NCBI GenBank assembly: GCA_040393085.1
Contig: JBEBUV010000018.1
Span: 7,933 to 71,932 of the forward strand
Source: Pedobacter hiemivivus
GTDB lineage: Bacteria; Bacteroidota; Bacteroidia; Sphingobacteriales; Sphingobacteriaceae
Direction of reading: 5' to 3'
Length of the DNA: 64,000 bases
This document shows positions 48,740-58,720 of this stretch, in pieces. Position numbers and translations under genes: made by a program. Numbering within the stretch: position 1 is the stretch's first letter; every line of letters begins with the position of its first letter. The notes under the pieces are model-generated. The model ran no database searches. It worked only from the letters and a program-made list of their open reading frames with translations, and was not told the origin of the DNA.

Positions 48740-50758
48740 TTACCATCCTGGATTTTGAACAAGATTCTTATTTTGTAACAATGTGTTAGTATTAATTGGC
48801 ATAAGGTAATCCTTCATTGAGAACCGGGGTTGTAATAAAACCTGTATATTATAAAAATCATTCTTGTTTTCTCCATCCTTATTCCATCCCAAAATTGGTT
48901 TATTAAACATCTTTTCAGCCATCAACCATCTTCTCACATCGTAATAGAAATGTCCTTCAAAAGCCAGCTCGTTTAAACGCTCCTGACGGATAATATCTCG
49001 TAATCCATTTATGTCGCTAGGCTTCGCTTTATACTGAGAAAGCGCATACTTATTCCAGCTATCAACCACCCCCTCCATACCAACTCTGGCTCTAATCATA
49101 TCCAAATAAAAAACAGCATTTTGTCCTTTCGAATCCGTTTTGCCAGGACCTCCAACCTCATTCAAGCTTTCCGCCAATAACAAATACATATCTGCTAATC
49201 GAATAATTGGAAAAGAATAAGGTTGAGTTATTAAAGTAATTCTGGTTTCAGTATAAGTTGCACTTAAAGGACTTAATTTTTTCACTAAATATCCCGAATA
49301 AGGGTAACCTGTATAGTTTTCTGAAAGTTTGAATCCACTGCCATAATTTTTCATCATGTTAGGGAATGATGCATCAGCTAAGCTCTTTTCTCTTCCTTCC
49401 CAAATTCCTCCATCGAAACCTACCGATGCATAAAAGCGTAATGAACGATTAAAGTGTAAGATAGCGGTTTCCTGTCCCTTTTTAATAAAGTACTTTTGAT
49501 GTTCAGCATCAGGAAGTTGAGTGTTATAACGGTTTTTATACCAACCATTCCTCTCCCACTCTTCATCTTCATTTAGAGGTATTCCATTTGAAGAATAAAA
49601 GCTTTCAACTACATTCAAAGTAGGTGAATGACGTTGTCCTAAATATGTTGGAACTACAGCACCAAAATTAAACCATTCATCATTACTTAGCATAGTGCTC
49701 CATTGTTGTAGCGTAGTGGTACTTTCATTAGTTGCCCATATTAACTCAGGATTCCATGGTGTTGTAATCGCCTGTCTAAGGCTGATCATTGCTTTAGTCG
49801 TATCATTAATATTGGTACTATTAGTTCCTCTGATAGCATTATTACCACCATCTGTTGAGATTAACAAAGCAGCCCCATCCGCTTCTGCGGAACGAACAGC
49901 AGCATCAGTAGCCTGTAATGCTCTTTCCCATCGCTCCTGGCTATTTCCTGTAGGAAAAAGCTCTACTCCTCTTTTGTCTTTAAACCCAATATAATAGTTG
50001 TTGTTGTTAAAAATTGGACTGGCAGCCAACACTAAAGTTTTTGCTTTGATACTCAAAGCTATGGTCTTAGTAAATCTGCCATATTCACTAACTACGTCCA
50101 ATTGATTTTGAGCAGGAAGTTCCAGAATGGCTTCATCTAACGTACTTACAATATAATCCACCACTTTATCAACTGGCTCACGATAAATATCGATCTCATC
50201 ACCTTTTGCAGAAATAGGTATTACTTTATCAACTATTGGAATAGGTCCATAAAGTTGTAAAAGGTAAAAGTGTAGATACGCTTTTATTGCTTTCACCTCT
50301 GCAATCCACTGACTTCTAAGCATATCATCTAAGTCCCGAGGGCCGCCATCCGCTAATTCAATATTCTCCAAAAAAACATTACAGTGCCGAATTCCTTGCC
50401 AAATATTTCGGTTTGCACCATTTCTTCCATCCCAAAAATTAGAATAAGGATCAGCTACATTATTACCTTTAAGAAAAATCATCATTGGTGCCGGGGGCCC
50501 AGCAGATAGACCTGCGCCTGTATTCCTTTCGGAATAAATGATGTCTCCCCCTCCACTAAGTCCTAATGAATTGGTGGGGTTTGCAAATGTTGGAAGAAAA
50601 CGATAACATGTAAACAGGTACTTTTCAGCATTGTATTGGTCTTTAAAAGCATCTTCCAATACAGGTTTATCGTCTGGCAAAATATCTAAAAACTTATTAC
50701 ACCCCGAGAGTGTAAATAAAGTTAAGCAAGTTAAAAAATAGAGTATATTTTTCATCAT
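48740..50758 (-). CDS. susD: SusD/RagB surface glycan-binding lipoprotein
   Basis: Lipobox LSGC + KFLDILP, WQGIRHCNVFLENI, LYGPIP, GRFTK, IRLADMYL, RLNELAFEG..YDVRRW. Confidence 0.93.
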   Translation of the reverse strand: MMKNILYFLTCLTLFTLSGCNKFLDILPDDKPVLEDAFKDQYNAEKYLFTCYRFLPTFANPTNSLGLSGGGDIIYSERNTGAGLSAGPPAPMMIFLKGNNVADPYSNFWDGRNGANRNIWQGIRHCNVFLENIELADGGPRDLDDMLRSQWIAEVKAIKAYLHFYLLQLYGPIPIVDKVIPISAKGDEIDIYREPVDKVVDYIVSTLDEAILELPAQNQLDVVSEYGRFTKTIALSIKAKTLVLAASPIFNNNNYYIGFKDKRGVELFPTGNSQERWERALQATDAAVRSAEADGAALLISTDGGNNAIRGTNSTNINDTTKAMISLRQAITTPWNPELIWATNESTTTLQQWSTMLSNDEWFNFGAVVPTYLGQRHSPTLNVVESFYSSNGIPLNEDEEWERNGWYKNRYNTQLPDAEHQKYFIKKGQETAILHFNRSLRFYASVGFDGGIWEGREKSLADASFPNMMKNYGSGFKLSENYTGYPYSGYLVKKLSPLSATYTETRITLITQPYSFPIIRLADMYLLLAESLNEVGGPGKTDSKGQNAVFYLDMIRARVGMEGVVDSWNKYALSQYKAKPSDINGLRDIIRQERLNELAFEGHFYYDVRRWLMAEKMFNKPILGWNKDGENKNDFYNIQVLLQPRFSMKDYLMPINTNTLLQNKNLVQNPGW

Positions 50759-50776
50759 TATATATATTTTTTACTA

Positions 50777-53700
50777 TTAAAAGTTGATTTGAGCTCCCAG
50801 ATTAAAGACCTTTTGCAAAGGATATGAAAGTCCATTTCCACGCATTTCAGGATCCCATGATTTAAAATCAGAAAGCGTGAATAAATTAGTCCCACTAGCG
50901 TAAATTCTAGGAACCACACCTCTTATTTTAGGTAATTTATATCCAATCTCTACTGATTTTAACCGTATAAAGCTTGCAGAACGCATCCAGTAATTGCTAT
51001 TGACAAAATTATTGCTATTACCATAAGCACCGTTTGCAACAGCATCAGGAGACAATCGAGGCCACTTTGCATAAAGATCTCTATTCGTTTCAGTCCAAAC
51101 ACTTTCAGCAATAAAATTTAACATTGCTCTATTACCTCTTTTACCACCAGAGGTCACTTCAACAAATGGTGCCATTGAATTCGCATCGAGGAAGAAAGAG
51201 AAGCGAGATGATCCTTGAAAAAACGCGGAGAAATCAAAATTTTTGTAGCCGAAAGACCCCCCTAAACCATATTGAATTTCAGGATTACTTGGATATCCCA
51301 TAGGAACAATATCAAACGAATTGATCACACCATCCTGATTGATGTCACGATATTTAATATCGCCTGCCTGATAGACTCCAGAACTACCTACTTGCTGCAA
51401 TGGTGAATTGCTTACTTCATTATCATCAATAAACAAACGCTCAGCAACATATCCTTGCGATTGTCCAACCTTTCGTCCTATTACAGACCTCCATGGTGCT
51501 ATTTCTGAATAATCCAACTCATCATATTCAGTGATTTTTGCAGTTCCATAAGTAAAGTTACCCCTAAAAATAAACCACATTGAATTCGCAAAAGACTTGT
51601 TATAGTTCATTGTCAAGTCAAGTCCTTTTCCAAGCGCTTTACCATAATTAGTTTTAATTCCGGCTGTTAGTCCCAATACTGAAGAAATATCCTTACGTTC
51701 CTGTACTATATTGGTACGATTTTCACGGTAAACTTCAGCAATCAACGTAAGGTCATTATTCAAGAATCCCAATTCAATGGCTAAGTTTGTTTTGTATGAC
51801 ACCTCCCAGGTGATAAATGGGTTGGCGTATCTCTCCACAACTATTGTAGGACGGGAATAAGTTGTATAAGGATCTTTTCCAAAATTCCCTGCATTTGGTC
51901 CATTTAAGTCAATGTTTGAAGTAAAAAAGAAACGATCCTGATCAGATACAATAACATCGTTACCAACCAATCCATACGTTGCTCTTATTTTCAATTTAGG
52001 AACTACATTTTTCAACCCATCCCAAAATTTCTCATCAGAAACCTGCCATCCTGCTCCAATTGACGGGAAGAAACCCCAGCGGTATTTTGGATCAAAACGT
52101 TCAGAACCATTTAATCCAAAATTAAATTCAAGGAAATATTTCCTGTCAAAACCATAAGTAAAACGTCCTGCAAGTGATACATTCCTTGATGGTAATGATG
52201 AATCTAGATTACTAGGACTTCCATCCATAGTCTCTTTCAATGACCCTACTAAAAGTCCACCAACATCATGTTTTTTAGCAAATTTCCTGTTATATATAAC
52301 AGCTCCTTCTGCGTATGCACGTGCTTCAACAAATTTATTACCTGCCGTATAATCAATATAGTCAGAGCCACCTTCAGGGTTCAAAGAAGACAATTCATAA
52401 GGAAAATTAGTATTGAAAGGATCGTATGTTCCTTTTATGTATTGATAGTAATATGGCTTATAGCTTCGTTGAATATTAAATCCTGAATAGCGTGTGATGC
52501 TACCAATAAAACGAGCCTTTAAGCCTTTTGTAAAACTATCCAGATTCTGATGTAACTCCAATTGTGCTAAAAGCGTATTATTTCTTACATCTTCATAGCC
52601 TCGCATTACATCTGCATAAGGATTAATATAGTCTGGAGAACCACCACCATAATCGTTACCAGAATAGTTACCAAAAAGAATTCGATCTACATATTGAGTG
52701 GCTTGATCAGATTCATAAAATGCAGGAAATAAAACCGGGTTAGCCATAAGAGTTTTCCTATAAGTGTTGGCGCCACCACTACCAGACTCTCCAATTGGGC
52801 CTGTATAATCATCAAAATTTGCACTTACCCGCACCTTAGCTTCTAGTGTTTTTGATAAGTTTAAGTTTACGTTAGATCTGATTGAGTATTTTTTTAAATC
52901 TATATTTGTATTAAATGGATTCGCTTGATCCACTTTTAATATTCCTCGATCTTGTGAGAATGAACCAGCTAAATAATATGTTGCGGCATTTCCACCCCCG
53001 GTAAGGTTGATATTAGCTCTTTTATTTATGGAATAATCTTGTGTCAGCAGATCTTTCCAATCAACTGCAGGGTATACAGACTTGTTCCTATTTGGATTTT
53101 TTGTAAGCTCAATCTTACTCTGTGGATATGTAAGTTCATCGTGACGCGTCATACTTGCAATATTCGAGAACTCCATAAACTTTATAGGATCCGCTACATC
53201 AACCCGTGTTGTTGGAGTCGACAGCGAAGTCTCATAACGAAATGATGTTTGAACAGCTCCTTTCTCGCCCTCTTTTGTCGTTACTAAAACAACTCCATTG
53301 GCTCCTCTTGCTCCATATAACGCAGTAGCGGATGCATCCTTTAAAATAGAGAAGCTTGCTATATCATCTGGATTTAACCTTGATAAATCTCTTGATGTAA
53401 CCTCAATATTGTCTATCAAAATAAGGGGCGAAGTTAGTCCACTACCAAAAGAGGTCACACTACGCACAAAGAATTGTGCATCTTCTTCGCCAGGAGCACC
53501 AGTAGATTGCTGTGCTATTAATCCAGCCATTCTGCCCGCAAGAGCAGTTGTTAAATTACTTGATGGGACTCTCAGATCCTTAACATTTACCGTTGTAATA
53601 GAAGAAACTACGCTCTCTTTCGCTTGTGTTCCAAATGCTACCACTACAGCATCATCCAACATTTTAGCATCCTCAGAAAGGCTTATATTGATGACTTTGA

Positions 53701-54292
53701 CTTTCCCAACTTTTACTTTTTGGGCTTTATAACCTATAAATGAGAACAATAATGAATCTCCCTCATTTACTACAAGCTCGTAGACACCGTTAAGATCAGT
53801 GCTTGTACCTTGATTTGTACCCATTACCAAAATGCTTACTCCGGGAATAGATTTATTATCAAACGCATCCGTAACCTTTCCGGTGATGTTTATACGTTTA
53901 GGTTGTGGTACAATCTTTTCTACCTTGTTCGATTCGCTTTTACTGATTACGATCGTTTTATGTTCGATATAATAAGTTAAATCTTTAGGACTAAGGAGCT
54001 CTTCTAAAACAGTTTCAATTTTCTCTTCTTTAAAGTTTAGGTTAACCTTTCCTAAAATATCTAAAAACTGTACGTCACAAAGAATATTGTACCCTGTTTG
54101 TTTTTTAATATCTCTAAATACTTTTTCAATTGAAACGTTTTTATACGAAAGAGTCACCCTTTGTGCATAACTGTCTGCCCGTGCCTGAAATATGATTGCA
54201 AAAAATAAAACAATGGCTAATTTCATAATTAAGAGAATTTTATTCAGCCAGGAACAATGAATATTCCTCGCAAGGAATCTATTATTTTTCAT
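50777..54292 (-). CDS. susC: SusC/RagA TonB-dependent transporter with N-terminal STN signalling domain
   Basis: STN region (VTLSYKNVSIEKVF..IKKQTGY), CarboxypepD-like domain, plug (SILKDASATALYGARGANGVVLVTTK), C-terminal GAQINF; start trimmed to MKNNR. Confidence 0.95.
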   Translation of the reverse strand: MKNNRFLARNIHCSWLNKILLIMKLAIVLFFAIIFQARADSYAQRVTLSYKNVSIEKVFRDIKKQTGYNILCDVQFLDILGKVNLNFKEEKIETVLEELLSPKDLTYYIEHKTIVISKSESNKVEKIVPQPKRINITGKVTDAFDNKSIPGVSILVMGTNQGTSTDLNGVYELVVNEGDSLLFSFIGYKAQKVKVGKVKVINISLSEDAKMLDDAVVVAFGTQAKESVVSSITTVNVKDLRVPSSNLTTALAGRMAGLIAQQSTGAPGEEDAQFFVRSVTSFGSGLTSPLILIDNIEVTSRDLSRLNPDDIASFSILKDASATALYGARGANGVVLVTTKEGEKGAVQTSFRYETSLSTPTTRVDVADPIKFMEFSNIASMTRHDELTYPQSKIELTKNPNRNKSVYPAVDWKDLLTQDYSINKRANINLTGGGNAATYYLAGSFSQDRGILKVDQANPFNTNIDLKKYSIRSNVNLNLSKTLEAKVRVSANFDDYTGPIGESGSGGANTYRKTLMANPVLFPAFYESDQATQYVDRILFGNYSGNDYGGGSPDYINPYADVMRGYEDVRNNTLLAQLELHQNLDSFTKGLKARFIGSITRYSGFNIQRSYKPYYYQYIKGTYDPFNTNFPYELSSLNPEGGSDYIDYTAGNKFVEARAYAEGAVIYNRKFAKKHDVGGLLVGSLKETMDGSPSNLDSSLPSRNVSLAGRFTYGFDRKYFLEFNFGLNGSERFDPKYRWGFFPSIGAGWQVSDEKFWDGLKNVVPKLKIRATYGLVGNDVIVSDQDRFFFTSNIDLNGPNAGNFGKDPYTTYSRPTIVVERYANPFITWEVSYKTNLAIELGFLNNDLTLIAEVYRENRTNIVQERKDISSVLGLTAGIKTNYGKALGKGLDLTMNYNKSFANSMWFIFRGNFTYGTAKITEYDELDYSEIAPWRSVIGRKVGQSQGYVAERLFIDDNEVSNSPLQQVGSSGVYQAGDIKYRDINQDGVINSFDIVPMGYPSNPEIQYGLGGSFGYKNFDFSAFFQGSSRFSFFLDANSMAPFVEVTSGGKRGNRAMLNFIAESVWTETNRDLYAKWPRLSPDAVANGAYGNSNNFVNSNYWMRSASFIRLKSVEIGYKLPKIRGVVPRIYASGTNLFTLSDFKSWDPEMRGNGLSYPLQKVFNLGAQINF

Positions 54293-54351
54293 TAAATTTG
54301 TAAGATTTGAATTTGAACAATGGAATATTGTAGTAATCAAGTTTTAAATTA

Positions 54352-54381
54352 GAACCGGAGAGCAGCAAACTTATCCGGTTC
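54352..54381 (-). other. GC-rich hairpin in the fecR-susC spacer (left locus)
   Basis: Stem GAACCGGA...TCCGGTTC. Confidence 0.55.
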
Positions 54382-54407
54382 AATTTTTTTAACTTCGTTG
54401 TCTAGTA

Positions 54408-55598
54408 TCATTTCATAACATAGACTTTCCTCCCTTCCACCTTAAAATAGACAACTTTAGTACGTTCAATAAATTTTAACACTTCTGAAATATTATCAAA
54501 GCGCGAAACAGCACCCCAAATTTTCAGGTCATCGCCAATTGGTTTCTTATATATAATTTCTACATCATACCACCGAGCTATTTTACGCATCACACTTTCT
54601 ATACTTTCGCGATTAAACATAAACTCTCCATTTTTCCATGCAATAGCTTCAGTAGCATCAAATTGTACTATTTGAATATTATCACCATGAATTATACTTT
54701 GTTGTCCTGGATGTAAAACCTCAACCGAATTACTATTATTTTTTGCAGACACCTCTACTTTCCCCTTTAACAAGCTCGTTCTTGAAGTCATTTCATCTGC
54801 ATAAGCACTCATATTGAACTCTGTACCTAAAACTTTAACCTTTTCTCTATCCGTCTGAACAATAAAAGGTTTCGCTTTATTAGAGACCACTTCAAAATAA
54901 GCCTCGCCACTTAGCTCAACATCTCTTTGATCACCATCAAAAACTGTAGGAAATTTTAAACGTGAAGAAGCATTTAGCCAAACTTTAGTTCCATCGGGTA
55001 ATACAAGTTGATATTCCCCACCGTTAGGAGTAGAAATAGTATGATAAACAGGTTTTGCTGAGGTAGTTTTAGACTTCCCTTCAAAGTCATACAATAGTTG
55101 TCCATCTTTAGATTTTTTGACAACTACTCCTGATTCTTCCCAAATTTTAGCCGAAGCTGATTCATCCAACACGATCTTTGAACCGTCAGCTAATTCCAGA
55201 ATTGCTTGATTCTTTCCCGGAGAAATATCATTATCTAAGCGTTGCTCAAGAGATAAATGGGAAATATCCTCTACTTTGTTAGTATTTAAATATAAAACTG
55301 AAGATACAGTCAGCAATACGGATGCTGCAACTGAGAACCAAAAGAAAGTTTTCTTTCTCTTAATTTTAACAGATTCCTCATGGGCTTCTACATCCAGTTT
55401 AATCTTTTCCCACAGGGATCTATTTACGTCATTTTCATCAGTTCCATTTTGAACTAATTTCTCAAAATCATTTAACACCTCTTCATATTGAGCGGCGTCT
55501 AATGTATTTAACCAACTATTAAAAATTTGATGTTCTAAATCAGAAGCTGAATCTTTTGCGATTTTATTCAACAACTCGGCATCTATTCTATTACCCAT
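54408..55598 (-). CDS. FecR family anti-sigma factor
   Basis: TM helix, AILELADGSKI.L, STPNGGEYQLVLPDGTKVWLNASS, GEAYFEV, VLGTEFN, WKNGEF, LARWYDV-like motif. Confidence 0.94.
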   Translation of the reverse strand: MGNRIDAELLNKIAKDSASDLEHQIFNSWLNTLDAAQYEEVLNDFEKLVQNGTDENDVNRSLWEKIKLDVEAHEESVKIKRKKTFFWFSVAASVLLTVSSVLYLNTNKVEDISHLSLEQRLDNDISPGKNQAILELADGSKIVLDESASAKIWEESGVVVKKSKDGQLLYDFEGKSKTTSAKPVYHTISTPNGGEYQLVLPDGTKVWLNASSRLKFPTVFDGDQRDVELSGEAYFEVVSNKAKPFIVQTDREKVKVLGTEFNMSAYADEMTSRTSLLKGKVEVSAKNNSNSVEVLHPGQQSIIHGDNIQIVQFDATEAIAWKNGEFMFNRESIESVMRKIARWYDVEIIYKKPIGDDLKIWGAVSRFDNISEVLKFIERTKVVYFKVEGRKVYVMK

Positions 55599-55659
55599 AT
55601 AAACGTATAGACAATCCTGGAATTAAATAGTATACCTATAAAATGAAATATATTTTATG

Positions 55660-56256
55660 TTAGAACATCAGAAACAGAGCAATTAAGGAAATCGGCCAGC
55701 CTGTATTGTGGGTCAATTGGTCTTTAACCATATCTCTGGCTTCATAAAGCTGTTTTTTAACAGCGGTAGAGGTAATATTCAATTCAGAAGCTATCTCTGA
55801 AATACTCATATCATTTTGGGTTCGCATTTTGAAAATTAATTTTCGTTGAGGCGATAAATCTTCAATTGCCTTTTCAGCACAATGTAAATATTCCTTATAC
55901 ACCAATTTCTCTAAACTGGTATCTCTATCATCCATTGTTTGATTTTCTAAGTCTATCAAAGCATGATATCGAACTTCACGTGCATGGCGATTAATCAATT
56001 CATTTTTAGCCATTCTTATTAGGTAAGCCTGAAGATTATTAGCTTTTGACACTTTCTTCCGATGTACCCATACTTTTAAAAATAGTTCTTGTAATATCTC
56101 CTCGGCTTCTTCTTGAGAATTCTTAACAAAAGGCTTAATGTAATTCATCAACTTCCCCACATAATTCCGATAAATTTGCTCAAAGGCTTCCCTATCGTCA
56201 TTCGATATTTTAAATAATAGATCAGAAGTGTCTAAATCTTGGTAACCGTCTCCCAT
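55660..56256 (-). CDS. ECF sigma-70 factor (FecI-like, Bacteroidota expansion)
   Basis: DREAFEQIY, EEILQELFLKVW, LSPQRKLIF, SEIASELNITSTAVKKQL. Confidence 0.93.
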   Translation of the reverse strand: MGDGYQDLDTSDLLFKISNDDREAFEQIYRNYVGKLMNYIKPFVKNSQEEAEEILQELFLKVWVHRKKVSKANNLQAYLIRMAKNELINRHAREVRYHALIDLENQTMDDRDTSLEKLVYKEYLHCAEKAIEDLSPQRKLIFKMRTQNDMSISEIASELNITSTAVKKQLYEARDMVKDQLTHNTGWPISLIALFLMF

Positions 56257-56490
56257 ATATATTTACAATTCCAATTTATTTATCATCGAAGGTACTATTC
56301 AAATATAAACTAAAAACCAAGCTGATATTAAATAATAATTAAAGCTCTATAATTAGAGAACAATTAATATTGTAATCTCTTTCACCCAAAGAAGTAATAT
56401 TAATAATATTATTTTGATTATTCATCATTCAAGTTAATAAAGAAATGCAAATTTTTCTTATTTATTGAATTTTACATTTATCTTTATTCT

Positions 56491-56616
56491 ATGGATCCAG
56501 AAGAACTAAAAAAGCTTGATCGAACTCCTACGAGTGACAAACCTTGGTACTTGCAAGAACTCTTTGTGGGTCTTTGGATATGCATTCTTTTACTCTTATT
56601 AGGTATTTTGAATTAG
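56491..56616 (+). CDS. Putative 41-aa small membrane protein (below the ORF-track cutoff)
   Basis: Manual translation MDPEELKKLDRTPTSDKPWYLQELFVGLWICILLLLLGILN*; hydrophilic N-terminus and C-terminal TM helix. Confidence 0.4.
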   Translation: MDPEELKKLDRTPTSDKPWYLQELFVGLWICILLLLLGILN

Positions 56617-56760
56617 AGAGTTATAATGGCACTGGCAGCTAGATTTAAATCTACCAGTTAATTCGAATCTTTCAAGGTTACTTGTTAGAAAACTGCTAGC
56701 GTTTTTACTTTCATAGCACACTTACATGCTATAATCTGTATATTTATTGCCTAACCAATT

Positions 56761-57327
56761 ATGCAAAACCATAGACACGAAAGTAATAACAGACTTATCG
56801 AGCTTCTAAAAACAGGAGATCGTGAAGCTTTTGCAGAAATTTATGAAAGATATTGGGCACTATTATTTCGACACGCTTTGGGTATGCTTAAGGATGAAGA
56901 CGGTGCTAAAGATGTCGTGCAGGATGTTTTTACCATGCTATGGGAAAAAGCACCCACATTGGAAGTTCATACCTCACTATCTTCGTTTTTATATACTTCA
57001 GTCAGGTATGCCGTACTAAAGCGATTCAGACACAGTAAAGTTGTTGATAATTACCTATCTACACTGAACGACATCATGCTTCAGGGGGTGGAAAGTACAG
57101 ATATGTATGTCAACGAAAAAGAGCTCAGTAAAAAGATTGAACAGGAATTAAATATGCTACCTCCTAAAATGAGAAGAGTATTTGAACTGAGTCGAATCCA
57201 TGAATATTCATATCGGGAAATATCCGATGAATTGGGACTTGCAGACAATACAGTAAAAAGACAGGTTAGTAATGCGCTTAAAATACTACGCACGAGGTTG
57301 CAAATCATACTTTTCATTTTTTTCTAA
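56761..57327 (+). CDS. ECF sigma-70 factor (FecI-like)
   Basis: GDREAFAEIY, AKDVVQDVF..LW, LPPKMRRVFELSR, SYREI..ELG....TVKRQVSNALK. Confidence 0.94.
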   Translation: MQNHRHESNNRLIELLKTGDREAFAEIYERYWALLFRHALGMLKDEDGAKDVVQDVFTMLWEKAPTLEVHTSLSSFLYTSVRYAVLKRFRHSKVVDNYLSTLNDIMLQGVESTDMYVNEKELSKKIEQELNMLPPKMRRVFELSRIHEYSYREISDELGLADNTVKRQVSNALKILRTRLQIILFIFF

Positions 57328-57413
57328 ATATTATTCAATAAAAACCAAAAACACCTAACACAAAGGCCCAAGTAAAGACTCATATGTATAAATGCAAATT
57401 ATTTGCTTTATAT

Positions 57414-58547
57414 ATGACAGAACACAAAGAGGCAAAAGCGCTGCTAAACAAATATATAGAAGGAAAGTGTACGCCTTTTGAAAAAGCACAGGTTGAAAAA
57501 ACGTATAACTTACAAGTTAAACCTAACCTGGAGGAGATTGGAGAAGAAAGCTATGCGAAGTTAAAAGACGAGATCTGGAGCAAAATCAATTCAAAACCTG
57601 TTGTAAGGTCCTTTAAGTTGTGGCCACAACTAGCCACAGCAGCAATTCTGTTGGTTACAATCGGTGTTGCTGGATATTTTTACTTTAGTACCTCCAACAT
57701 TTCGCAGCATAAAACCACTTATAAATATGCCAATGACATACCTCCAGGCAACAATAAAGCTATTCTGACCCTGGCCGATGGAAGTAAAATTAGTTTAAAT
57801 GAAGCAATGAATGGCGACCTCGCAAAGCAACAAGGTGTAAGTATCATTAAAACCGATGACAGTCAATTGGTTTATCAGCTCAGTAATAAAGAGGCTGCAA
57901 ACGGCAAAATAGCGTTTAATATATTGGAGACCTCAAGGGGTGGCCAACATCAGGTGATATTGCCAGATGGTTCTAAAGTATGGCTAAATGCAGCATCATC
58001 TCTTAAATTCCCTACAACATTTTCCAACAAGATATCACGAGAGGTTGAACTAAAAGGTGAGGCCTATTTTGAAGTAATTAAAGACAAAACACGTCCGTTT
58101 ATTGTAAAATCCGGAATACAGGAAATTACTGTCTTAGGGACCGTATTTAACTTAAGCGCCTATGCTGATGAAAGCACAATAAAAACAACATTATTGGAGG
58201 GTTCTGTTAAAGTAAGTGGATTAGGGCAGGCGAAAATGTTGGTTCCGGGACAACAGTTGCAATTAAGGCCAACAGGTTTAACTATAACCGATAAAATAGA
58301 TTTGGAAGAAGTTATATCATGGAAGAAAGGATATTTTAAATTCAATGAAAACCTTAGAAGTATTATGAATAAAGTTTCGCGATGGTACGATGTTGAAGTT
58401 ATTTACGAAGGAAATATTAATGAAGAGCAGACTTTCTCAGGGGAAATTGCAAGGTCAAGGAATATTTCTGCTCTTTTAAAAATAATGGAATCAACAGGAA
58501 GTATTCACTTTAAAATTGAAGGAAGGAGGATTACCGTTATTCAGTAA
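57414..58547 (+). CDS. FecR family anti-sigma factor
   Basis: LLNKYIEGKCTPFE, TM helix, AILTLADGSKISL, TSRGGQHQVILPDGSKVWLNAASSL, GEAYFEV, RWYDVEV; start could also be 57384. Confidence 0.94.
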   Translation: MTEHKEAKALLNKYIEGKCTPFEKAQVEKTYNLQVKPNLEEIGEESYAKLKDEIWSKINSKPVVRSFKLWPQLATAAILLVTIGVAGYFYFSTSNISQHKTTYKYANDIPPGNNKAILTLADGSKISLNEAMNGDLAKQQGVSIIKTDDSQLVYQLSNKEAANGKIAFNILETSRGGQHQVILPDGSKVWLNAASSLKFPTTFSNKISREVELKGEAYFEVIKDKTRPFIVKSGIQEITVLGTVFNLSAYADESTIKTTLLEGSVKVSGLGQAKMLVPGQQLQLRPTGLTITDKIDLEEVISWKKGYFKFNENLRSIMNKVSRWYDVEVIYEGNINEEQTFSGEIARSRNISALLKIMESTGSIHFKIEGRRITVIQ

Positions 58548-58578
58548 AGCCTTACACATCCGGTAGCCTTTTCAGTAA

Positions 58579-58648
58579 AGCCAAAGGTGGTCTCAAGCAC
58601 CCTTGGCTAATGATTGGGTTTACCCGTCCTGATATAATCAGGAATTTA
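58579..58648 (+). other. Structured fecR-susC spacer (right locus): three consecutive hairpins
   Basis: AGCCAAAGGTG-8 nt-CACCCTTGGCT, then GGGT-TT-ACCC, then TCCTGAT-ATA-ATCAGGA. Confidence 0.55.
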
Positions 58649-58720
58649 AATATTGACCAAACAACACTAAATCGAATCAAGATTGCATAGCAGTCACGTA
58701 AAACCCAAACATTCAAATGT

